Shown: piece by piece, positions 52,990 to 64,000 of the stretch
Layout: each line of letters starts with the position of its first letter
How positions within the stretch are numbered: the stretch's first letter is position 1
From: Isurus oxyrinchus
Taxonomy: Eukaryota
Assembly (NCBI GenBank): GCA_026770705.1
Contig: JANJGN010000036.1
Span: forward strand, 3,038,001 to 3,102,000
Reading direction: 5' to 3'
DNA length: 64,000 nucleotides
Program-made: the position numbers and the translations under genes
Notes under the pieces: model-generated
The model's input: the letters and a program-made list of their open reading frames with translations, nothing else
Told to the model about the DNA's origin: nothing
Database searches by the model: none

Positions 52990-53740
52990 TTATGCAATTT
53001 CATAATCCCGGACTATTGCACCAATGGCAACAGTTTCTCCCCATCCACTGTCTCCAGACACTTCATGATTTTAAATATCACTACCAGCTCTCCTCTCAAC
53101 CTTCTCTTCTTCCAGGAAAATAACCAAAGTTTCCCCAAACTAACTTTGGGACCGAAATTCCGTATCCTTGGAACTATTCTCAACAATATTGTCTGCATCC
53201 TCTCTAAAGCCTTCACACCCTTCCCAAATTGTGGCACCTGGAATTGGACGCATTACTCCGGCCGAGGCCGAAATCAATCTTTTTATGCAGGTTTAGTATA
53301 ACTATGTGTTTTTGTACGGTATGAATAAAATCTTGAATTCCCTGCGCTGTATTAACTGCTCTGTCAATCTATTCAGTCATATTAAATGATTTGAACACGT
53401 GTACAACCAGATGGCTCTGTTAATGCATCCCTTTTAGAATCGCAACCTATATTTAATATTGCCTCACCTCGTTCTTCCTAACAAAACGGATCACTTCACA
53501 TTTCTGTGCATTAAATTTAATCTGCCACCTGTCAGCCCATTCCACCGCATTGCCCATGTTCCCTTCAAGCCCATCATCTCCCCCACCCAGTTCAGAAAAC
53601 TTTCAAGTTTTGTGTCAATCGGAAATTTTGAAACTGCATCCTTTACACCCATGTCTCGGTCATTAATATATATCAAGAAAATCCCCGGTCCTCAAAGCCG
53701 AGTCCTGGGTAACTCCAATCTATAATTTCCTGCAGTCTCA
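52990..53740 (-). mobile_element. CR1-like LINE fragment
   Basis: IYIND.DMGV..VSKF..DTKL and KRRLRGELVVIFKIMK motifs on the minus strand. Confidence 0.8.
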
Positions 53741-56700
53741 ATTAACTAACAATAATTGCCCTTTTTCATAGGGCCAACTGACCGGAGAGCGATTTCACAA
53801 TATCTTGATGGCGGGAAGTGTACTTCTTAATTTCTTGAATTTCCCCATTTTGACAGTTAATCGGCACAAAAATGTTTGCCAAAATTACCCGTTTGTCTCT
53901 CATTCCACGCCGCTCTATTTCTCCTCCCTCTCTCTCGAAGTTGATTCGAAAAACAATCTAACAAGTGTAAGCTCTTGTAAACCCTGACTGATGTGCCAGA
54001 ATAGAAAATTATGTAGAAAATTGTCGAGCCGTCTTAGAATCAAACTTCAAAAATCATGGAGCATGTCTGCGTCTTTCATTATAATCAGTGTTTTGATGAA
54101 TTGGATGGGGCACAGTTTTAAATATAGAGAGGCTGCTCCAGCTAAACTATTCAAATGGCTCAGCTATTCCCTTTCCATAGTGGGATCTCTTGTCTCGAAC
54201 TCCTGAAAGGAAAACCTTTAATTAGCAATTTAAAACAGCGAGAATGGAATCGCATTGGACAACCAATTATGAAAATGTCTCTGATAAACATTGATCCTGA
54301 CCTGATCTGCCGCTTTTCTGTTTCCCAATCAAAATGAGGATCAAGACTAAAACTGGGATCGCCGCCACCATTCTGACAACATTTGGGGTCGGAATGCACC
54401 ATTCGACAGACACAAAACAATTTGAAACTGCTCCTCGGTCAAATCATTATTTTCTGGGATTCTCTCATGGGAAACGTGGCCCAGTTAAAAGTCGGTGCTG
54501 CAAACAGCCAGTGCGCCAGATCCCGGCTTGTGGACGCACACAATGAATTACATGAAGCAATGGTTTCGAATTGAGAAAAGAATTGACGGACAGCACTGTC
54601 AGGCTTGGCCCAAAATTATAATGTATCAGTGTAAATACATCTCAATGATGTCTACCTGGAAACTGAATTGTGCAATCACAGAATGAACCAATAGACCAGG
54701 AGGCAGTTCGGCCCATCGTGTCTGTGCCAGCTCTTCGTGTAAAACAAAACTCAACATGTTTGGTTCTCTGCCCCTGGAAACAGTTTCTCCGCATTTACTC
54801 TATGAAAAAAAATCATGATTTCGAACATTACTGCAAAATTTTCCGTTAACCTTTTCTGCTCTAAGGAGAACAATCTCAGATTCTCCAACCTCTCCACATT
54901 AACTGAAATCCCTCATCCCTGGTCCCATTCTGGTTAATGTACTCTGGATCCACTACAAGAAGCTGTTAACTTTCCTTAATATGATGTCCAGAATTGGGTT
55001 CAATACTCCAACTGGTGTTTTGCTTCCTCTGTTAATGAGGCCGCGGTCTCCCCGTGTCTTTTATCCCCCACCTCAACTTGTCCTGCGACCTTCAGAGATT
55101 AATATACATGTTCCATTTGTCCGATGATGTGAAACTCGATCCGTTCCTTATTAACCCAATTTCACTGTCGTTTATTTACACGAGGTTAATGTTGAATCCT
55201 ACTGCTGATATCACTAACTGATGTTAAAATTAAACTGGATTTTACCAGGAAAATGGAGATGATAAGGGAGATTCCGGGAAATGAGGAAGGAGATAGGGGG
55301 AATTGAACGAGTGTAACGTCCCTGCAGATACATTACTTTCCCCAAAAATCTCAACTCTTCACTGTTCTCTCCTTCTATATGCAACTAATCTCAAACCTGT
55401 CCCTCATGCACCGCATGAAAGGATGGGGGAAGCAGATTAAATAATAACTTCCCTGAGGGAAATCGGATTATTAAATGGACCATGATGAACGGGAAAGTGT
55501 TAGAGGACTATTGGGAAAAGATGGGATCATTTGAAAATCCTCTTTCTGTGCGGTTTCTTGCTATGACTCTAAGTTGTCACACGGGAACTTAAGGCAAGCC
55601 AGAGCGTCGTGAAAAGATAACTTCTCCCTCTCGGACACAGGGAATAACTAAGTTATTTCAAAACATTGAATGCGCTTTTTACTTAATTATTAGACAAACA
55701 TAAACGCATTTGTACATAAGTATGCATATAACATATATATTATGCATCGACAGGCAAATGTACACGCAAACATATAAACAGGTGCACATACACAGATATG
55801 CACGCACCCACACATATATACACACAGGCACACATATATGTATGAACAGGCTTACAAACGCACGCACACTAACACACACACTAACAGACATACACACATT
55901 TGCACACCGACACACACGCACTCTCTCTCACACGCCCTCCACCTCACACACACACACACAAACAGCCACACACACACTCACAAATATCTTCATATGTATC
56001 CATAGTTATCAGTTTGTCCCGTGGAGATGCTTAATTCGGGCACAGCAGATTTTTAGAAATTAGTGAATTCCTGCAACTGATCATATGTATAAAAAACCTT
56101 CAATGAACAGATCACCAACTCACTTGTCCCTGTCTCTGCTACTTTGGAGAACGACACGCTCTTTGCCCAATATTTGGAGACCCCAGTTGAACAATACAAG
56201 TTGAGAGGCCGCCGGTTCTCCAGGTTTCAATCCACACGATGACGTGTCTTCTGGTACTGTAGGTTCCCTCCGCCTCTCTCGTACCTGGATTCTGTAAAGA
56301 GCGAGATTACAGTTACATTATGACTTGTTATTGAGGGAAATGAAGCAGCCGCTTGAAAAGACATCGCGTGCAATTTAAGAATAGTCACATCATTATCTTT
56401 AATTATCCTTGGCTAGATTATTCCTCCAATTTGATTTTATTCAACTTATAAGAGGAAGAAGTAAATAAACTCACAGCATCAGGTCCAATTCCTTCACCGG
56501 ATCACTGGGTCACAATTTCAGATTAGTAAACACAGATTAGTAAACTGATCCTGGTTGATTCCAGTTTAAAATTCTCACCTGCCTCTTACTCAGCATAAAC
56601 CAGCAGCACTTGGAAAATGAACATCAGAGATAAACATTCCTTGGACATCTCGACGCGGGGAGTCCTCCCTCTTTTCGCTCTCACCGGTTTGTTGCTGCAG

Positions 56701-59700
56701 GAGGAGTAGCAACAGACTGACCTGAACTCTGTCCCAGTGAGTTGCTCCCCTTTCAGATGCGCTGGAAACTATGACGAGCTCTGCTGTGGAAAGTATGACG
56801 CGATTTTGAGTGAGGTGTATTGGTGAAGGTCACATGCATTTGACTTGCTGTGGTTAAAGTCTGTGCGTCACAGCAGTCAAGTGGCAGAATGTTTATAAAG
56901 AACTTTACTGGGTTGTCGTTCGCGGGGACGGGGGCGGTGGTGGGGCCTACGTCACAGAATACGAATTATATGTATGGATGCTGAATATTTCAGTTAAAGA
57001 TTAATTAATTCTGGGGATGTCAGAGCCGATTGCTAGGCAAGGATGCATTAACCATTCCCAGTTGACTCTTGAGGTGGTGGTGGTGAGCTGCCTTCTTGAA
57101 CTGATGCAGCCCCTGTAGAGTAGGTACACAGACAGTGCTGTAAGGGATGAAGCTCCAGGATATTGATTCAGTAAAGGAATTGTGGTTCTTTCCAAGCCAG
57201 AATGGTAAGTGGCTTGGAGAGGAACTTGTATTTGGTGGTGTACCCATGTATCTGCTGACAGGAATTCAGAGCGTTACGGCATTGTGTTCAATATAATCTA
57301 TTCTGTAAGTAGGCTATACAAAGTTCCTGATAAGAACTGTTTAAGTCAGATTCCTGAATATATTGGTTAAAATGTATTTGGATGGATTTGAATTTTAATT
57401 ACTCGTACCTCATTCTCCATATCACAAGTTACGCTGAGATCTAGAGTGGAATTCTAATGGAACAAACACGCTCACTCACTGCACTTATCGAGAATGTATA
57501 AGGACGAATCTCTTTCGAATTCAGCTCCACTCCTTAAAGTTCCCTTGCACAGCTCTCCTTTCTGTTGAGTCTCATTCAGTGGGTTTTCGACTGACTTATT
57601 CTATAATATAAAACACCATTGCTGATTGACCTGAATTTAATGCTCTGAGATCATCGTTTAATTATATTTGCCAATGATTTATTGATTGACCCCATGATGA
57701 GTGTTTCAAACAATCATGAATGTTGCCCTTTATATTGTGCTCTAAGCGCGTTTACAGCAGTTCAATAGAAAATTAATTGCACAGTTATTACTTTGAAATA
57801 GCTGTTAAGCTCCGTTGATGTTACAGTTTACATAGTTACATAGAATTTATAGCACCGAAACAGGCCATTCGACCCAACTGCTCGTGCTTGTGTTTATGAT
57901 CCGCAGAGCCCAGTTTATCTCACCCATCAACATTTCCTTTCATTCATTTCACCCGCATTTGTTTATTCAGCTTCCCATTTAAATACATCCCTGCAGAAGA
58001 TTCAACCACTCCATGTGGGAGAGATTCCACATTCCCCCTTGTGTCTGGGTAAAGGGGTTTCCCCTGGGTTCCAGACTAGATTTTACTCATAATAATAACT
58101 CCTCGTTTTCGAAGGCCATAGGAACACAGGAGCAGGTCTTGGCCATTGGGTTGATCCGCCATTCAATATGATCATCGCCTCGATTCCAGTTCAAGACAAA
58201 TTTAACATCATTACTATTAAAAAGCTGGTCTGGAATCTCTTGGTGTGCTGATGACTGGATATTTTTGTTAGCGATCAAAATCTGAACTGCCGAACCCCTT
58301 GTGATTCTTGTTCCTAATGGATAGAAACATTTAGAAATTAACAGCTGCTTATTCTGCTGTAAAGAGACATTCTGCACAAATATCTCTACAGTATTTCAAG
58401 ACACTTGTCAGAGATGCAGCTGGGAAAGGTAATTCTTTTAAACACAGTGAACCCTCCAGAAGGTTTGTGGTCCTCAACCTGCAGGACAACAACTCGTTCA
58501 AAAAAAGAAAGAAACCAGGAAACTTCTCAACAGCCTCCCTATTCTCCCCAACGAGAGAACCATTCTTAGTACTGATTACTCCGTGCATCATAGGCCTTCA
58601 GATATCAGCTCTCTTAATAGCGTGAACCATTAATCCTACAGGCATATTGGAGAACGAGAAGGCCATTCAGACCCTCTCCTGGGTTGGACCTGGTATCCAA
58701 TCGAATGATGGCTGAAGTTAGGAAACAGAGAAAGTTTAAGTAAGTTATATGTGTAACTGGGTGTGTTATGAGTAACGTATATTTCCAAGTTTAAATTTTA
58801 TTTATATTGTTTTCTATTTGTGTGTTGAAAGGTGAAATCTACGTTTTTAGGTCTGTTTGTAAGTTGAGTCAGCAGGACTAAAGCTCTTTTGTATTCTTGC
58901 ATTACTAATTGGTTTAATGACTCTCAAAGAGAATGTAAAGTAGTGCAAGAGTAAAAATAATTGCGCAGTTGCCCATCATCAGGGGTCCAGAGAGGGAACC
59001 CGCCCACCTCCGCTCCCCCCCCCCCCCCCCCCCCACCCTCCAGCCCCCGACTCCCGCCAACAAACACACACACAGACAGAGAGAGAGAAAAACAAATAAG
59101 TTGCTTGAGTTCACTTTAAAGCAGCTGTCAGAGAAAGGCTGAACAGCAGAGGCACAGATAGCATGCCCGAAACTTAAAGCCATAACTCCAAAAATGTCTA
59201 CTGTGGGAAGGAAATTCAGAGAGCAGATTTCCCGAAAGAACCGAAGCGCCCCAAGGCTAAGGAGTGAGAAGGAAACAGGATAAAGTCCCAGGAAGACATT
59301 ACATATAAAGGAAGAACAGGAACCTAGCAAAGAACCTGCTTAGTGAAGTTAAGAGTGAGGAGCAGAGAAAGGCTCCAAACTTCAGTGCTTAACTGGAGAG
59401 AGCTGCAGGAAACTGATATAAGCTGGATAGTCTTAAGAGGAGCCAGAAGGTCCAAGGACAGAGCTGAAGGGCTGTAACTCTTTGGTATGGTCATGTGAAG
59501 CAGTGTTGCACTTGTCAGTGAAAGAGATTTCGTGGAAGTACGCCTGAATGCATGTTGTGTTCACGGGTAGTGATACATCGGAAGGTGTGTCAAAACCCTG
59601 AAGGTGGACTCTGGTGGAAGGCATTTGAGAGAAAGCATTGGCTGGGAAAATATTCAAAAGCAAATTCTTCGAGAGTGGAATCGCTCGTCTGAAAGATGGA

Positions 59701-60779
59701 GTCCAGTGAGACTGGTTGGCTCATGGTGTGACAAGTGTCTTTGGGGTGGGGAGCAGTGGGCGTTTCGTTGTGAGGCAGAGAGGGTGTGTTTGGAATCGAT
59801 GAGATACCCATTTAATAAATTTGGTGTGTTGGGCAGCGTGTGGATGGAACTGTTTGAATATTCTGGATATGCTCATTTCAGCACAGCTACCTGGGGAGTC
59901 ACTGGAAGGAAGCTGCTTCTAAAGCTGAATTCCTCACGTGTAATAAAAGGCAGCTGCCGGTGAGAGAGAAGCACCATCAGACACTCACTCTGCTGCCACC
60001 GGAGAATGTTGTTGATGAACTTAATGACCCAATTCACGTCCATATTTAAGTATTCTTGAAGTGAATCATGAATCTACTCGAAAGCTAATTGACAGGAATT
60101 AGTTCACGAGACCTTCAGAAGCACAATTCAATTGTTTCAACTCTGTAGAGAGGAGGAAGATTTTTATGATGGAATTGTGGATTTACGCTGATTACTACAC
60201 TCTTACTCAGTTCACGGATACAATTATTATTTATAAAGCAATCATAAATAATCCATCCAAAATATTGCCGGAAAGTTTATTTTTAGGTCATTCTGCGACG
60301 GAATCTGATTTACCAATGTTCCACCCATGATTGATACCTGGATGATTCAGGATCACACAAAAATCGGGTTAATGGACACCAGGTTAAATGGTTTGTGTCG
60401 GGTCACGAAATTGTTGGTCAGGAAAGATTGAACTCTAGACAAGTGGAGTCTGAGCCGGTGACGTCAGAGAGGTCTTTCAAATTTAGGTAATATTCGATAG
60501 AGTAGACGTAAACAGAGGTTTGCACTTATGGTAACGAGACAAGATCTAGGGGGCCATCAATATAGTCACTAATATATTTAATGGGGAATCCATAAGAAAT
60601 TTAGTTACACGGAGAGTGGGGAGAATATGGGGCTCATTCCCACGGAGAGTAGTCGAGGTGAATCACCGAGATGGGTTTAATGGGGAAGCTGGATAAACAC
60701 ATGAAGGAGAAAGGAAAAGAAGGATATGTTAATGTTTTGAGATGAAGAGGCGGATGGGAGGAAATTAGTATCATAAAGC

Positions 60780-63120
60780 AGGTTGTAGTGGAGAAATTAA
60801 CGTTACTGAAAGTTTATAAGTGACCAGGGCCTGATATTGCGCATCCCAGACTGTTGAAAGAGGTTGCTATAGAGCTAGTGGATGCTTTGGTGCTCATTTT
60901 CCAAAATTCTATAGATTCTAGAATATTTCCCGAAGTTTGGAATGTTGCAAATTGCAGCCCCTGTTTAAAAAGAGATGTAGAGAGAAAGCAGGAAACGATA
61001 GAAATGTTAGCCTTACATCAATAGTAAGGAAACTGCTAGAATCTATTACAAAGAATGTGATAAATGGATGCTTCGGTAATCATGGTCTGATTGGCCATAG
61101 TCAGCATTTAGGCGCGAATGGAAAATTATGTTTGACGAGCCTTTTGGTGTTTGGAGAGTCAATGGGCGCAGTATACGTGGATTTTCAGATGGCTTTTGAT
61201 AACGTCCTCCAAGGTGGGGGGAAGAAGGGGGGAAGCAGTGGGGGGAAGAAAGGGGGGTAAGAAGGGGGAAAAGAAGGGGGAGGAAGAAGGGGGGAGAAGG
61301 GAGGAAGAGGGGGGAAGAAGGGGGCAAGAAGGGGGAAAGAAGGGGGAAGGGGAGAAGAAGGGGAAGAGGGGGGAAGAAGGTGGTGGGAGAAGAGTGGGGG
61401 AAGAAGAGGTCGGGAACAGGGGGGCAAGAAGGTCGTGAAGAAGACATGGCGAAGAAAGGGGGGAAGGGGGGGCAAGAAGTGGGGGAGAAGGTGGGAAGAA
61501 GTGGGAAGGGGGAAGAGGTGGACGAAGAATGGGGGAAGAGGGAGGCAGAAGGTGGGGGGAGGAGGAAGGGGGTGGGGAAGAGAGGGGCGAAGAAGGTGGT
61601 GGAAGAAGGCGGGGGAAAGAAGGGGGTGAAGAAGGAGGGATTGTTGGGACAAGCAAGCAGTGATAAGAAGAGATAACCAAAAGATGTCACAGACAAAAGA
61701 AAAAAGAGTTGTTGAAGGTGGTGACTTTATCTAAAAGAATGTGCTAATTAAGAGTGGAAAGCAGGGCAAGCAGAGTAGCTCTAGTGGGGGTGGTGTGAAA
61801 TAAACTCTGGGTGGAATATATTTTAAAATAATGGAAAATGGTGGGAAAAAATTCTGTATCAATTATTGAAATAAACAAAAGGAAGGGGGAAGAAACGAAA
61901 AGGGGGTGGGGATGGAGGAGGGAGTTCAAGATCTAAAGTTGTTGAACTCAATATTCAGTCCGGAAGGCTGTAAAGTGCCTAATTGGAAGATGAGGAGCTG
62001 TTCAAGCTTCACTGGAACAATGCAGCAAGCCAAGGACAGACATGTGGGCAAGAGAGCAGGGTGGAGTGTTAAAATGGCAAACAAAAGGGTGGTCTGGTTA
62101 ATGCTTGGAATAAACTGATCCTTCTTTCATTGGCCGGCTGTGAGCATTGGGGTACCGCAGGGATCAGTTCTTGGGCCCCAGCTGTTCACAATATATATCA
62201 AAGATTTGGAAGTGGGGACCAACTGTCACATTTCCAAGTTCAAGAATGATACAAAGTTAGGCGGGAATGAATGTTGTGAGGAAGGTGTAAAACGGCTACA
62301 GGAGAAGTTGGACAAACTTAGTGAATGGGCAAGATCATGGCAGATTGAATTAGTTGTGCGGAAATGTGAAGGTATTCACTTTGGTAGAGTGAACAGATGT
62401 GCATAGTGTTTCCTGAAAAAAGGATTAGAAAATGTAGATGTACTTGGTATCATGTGTGTCCTTGTCCATTAAGCACTGAAGATTAACATGCAGATGCAGC
62501 AAGCAATGAGGAAGGGTAATGGACTGTTAACCTTTAACTCAAGTGGATTTAAGTACAGGAGTAGTGAAGACTTGCTTCAATTGTATAGAAGTTTGGGTAG
62601 AACGCACCTGGAGTACTGTGTGCAATTTTGGTCCTCTTATGTCCGAAAGGATATTATTGCCACAGAGGGACTGCAACAAAGTTCAGCAGACTTGTTCCGG
62701 GCATGGCGGGTCTGTGATATGAACAGATATTGGGCAAACTGGGCCTTTATTCTCCAGAGTTTCGAAGAATGAGAGGTGATCTCGTTGAAACCTACAAAAT
62801 GCTTAAAGGAATAGTCAGGGTAGACTCACGTAGAATGCTTACCCTTGTTGGGGATTCTTGAACCAATGGATACAATTATAAAATAAGGGAGAAGCCACTT
62901 AGGACGAGGAGGGGAAGATTTTTTTTTACTCAGAGACTTGAAAATAGTTGGAATTCGCCACCCCCTGGAAGCTCAACCATGGAGTCTGTTTAAGGTAGAG
63001 ATTGATAGGTTTCTGATTAACAATAATGCAAAAGGTTATGGGGATAGTGCGAGCAAAAGGCATTGAAGTGTTGGATTGAATGGTGGAGCAGGCCCGACGG
63101 GCTGAATGGCCTTCTCCTGA
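60780..63120 (+). mobile_element. CR1-like LINE interrupted by a purine-rich tract and another repeat
   Basis: PLFKK..VSLTSIVRKLLE..VYVDFQMAFD, then GVPQGSVLGPQLFTIYI..ISKF..DTKLGG..HLEYCVQFWS. Absent from the paralogous block near 22600. Confidence 0.85.
61214..61640. repeat. Purine-rich (GAAGGGGG)n-like low-complexity tract
   Basis: Almost entirely G/A, producing spurious Pro/Ser/Phe and Gly/Glu/Lys ORFs. Confidence 0.9.
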
Positions 63121-63820
63121 ATAGGATCGTGTGGAGCAGAAAGAAAGGCACAGAGCAGATGGCCTATGCTCCACTGATCCAGAGGAATAATTTTGACAGA
63201 AGGAGACAGGCAGGGAGACAGACTCTGACTAAACAAAATGCTAAAATATTAGCATCTGATTCTCAGTTTCTTCAATCTGGTATATTTGTGTTGAAACCAG
63301 AATATATTACTCTGTTTTGGAAAATTAAACAGAACACTTGGAATTAGGGGCTTTTTCCCGGCCTTCATGTGAATGTCATAAACAGTAATGCTGTTGAATT
63401 CAGCTCCATTGCCATTTGTCCCAAATTTGACTCATTCTGGAATACGCAATGCCTGAGACGCGTGTTTACCATGTGTTGCCCTTAGCAGGCAGAGACGTGT
63501 GTGGCCTCTCAGCCTGTAAACAGGAAAGCCTCAGCTAAAATTTATTGTGCACTGTTTTTATTCCAGTGAGGGAGTTGGGGGGGCTGGGGGGTTGGGCGGG
63601 GTGGTGGGCGGTGGAGACGGGGGGTGGAGTTCGCCCCGTGCCGCTGGGGCCCATATTAATCCCCGAACAACATCATTGAGGGCATGATCTGTTTCATAAA
63701 CACTTTTGTTATTTGTGTGTCTTACTCCACTGCCGCACTCTTGTAGCCGCTTCTTCAGAGGAAGAAGTGTTTCTCTCCCTATCATAACAGAAGCCAGAGT
63801 GTTAATTTTGTTCCTTTCAG

Positions 63821-64000
63821 CTTTTGACTCTCAGGCAGTTTTGTCCCAGACTCAGGCAATTCAGCGTCTCTCGTTTGGAAGTCCCTACATGGTGCTTTGT
63901 GATCCGGCTGAGTTCGCAGTGGTGGGGAGGGGGCCGGTCCCCTTGTTTAAGCCGGACGCATCTGCAACTGCTTTACACCATGATAGAATGCAACTGTCCA
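63821..64000 (+). pseudogene. A3: start of a degenerate A-family V exon (truncated by window end)
   Basis: TTCCTTTCAG acceptor, then SQAVLSQTQAIQRL..GS..LLYT. Aligns to A2 V and its upstream flank. Conserved Trp absent and leader region deleted relative to A2. Confidence 0.65.

Larger units (their letters stand above)
44197..56648 (-). pseudogene. B3: internally deleted subfamily-B receptor pseudogene (TM with NxxR)
   Basis: Leader 56648-56594 (donor GT>CT). First 5 nt of V exon fused to the second half of C1, 56291-56124 (GTYS..ETWRTGGLSTCIVQLGSP). TM ~54430-54302 (PNVVRMVAAIPVLVLILILIG). Candidate 32-nt exon 51927-51896. Last exon 44277-44197 TRRGPLFASPEFAALENGSRKKAGGR*. Confidence 0.8.
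57740..64000 (+). repeat. Segmental duplicate of ~14995-15460 joined to ~20550-24010
   Basis: Colinear matches 15001/57743, 20585/58217, 21661/59888, 22160/60367, 22630/63150, 23790/63773. Confidence 0.85.

Noticed and set aside
61046-61696. Long Pro/Ser/Phe-rich and Gly/Glu/Lys-rich ORFs
   Set aside because: Artefacts of the purine-rich low-complexity tract.

Overview
Eukaryotic vertebrate genomic DNA, most likely a shark or other cartilaginous fish (inferred from the repeat content), with one 163-N gap. Once the ORFs are spliced by hand, the window is a cluster of non-rearranging, antigen-receptor-like immunoglobulin-superfamily genes. Their architecture is leader - V with germline-fused J - very short intron - C1 - TM - cytoplasmic exons. 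One copy appears fully intact (A1, + strand, 16348-19570, 6 exons, 303 aa). It has a TCR/Ig-like VJ domain (YYCASENYHNRALIFGNGSQLVIT), a C1 domain with an extra Cys (CxC) and a two-tyrosine tail ending TLYARL. Five disabled paralogs fall in two subfamilies: A2 and A3 (partial), and B1, B2 and B3. The B copies show a paired-receptor pattern: a TM with NxxR goes with a lost cytoplasmic Tyr, and a neutral TM goes with a retained THYASL. A tandemly duplicated ~4 kb block carries remnants resembling a TCR-alpha/pre-TCR-alpha-type TM exon. The rest is CR1-like and other LINE fragments, SINEs, a Penelope remnant, minisatellites and segmental duplications. All gene models come from manual reading, with no expression or database evidence.
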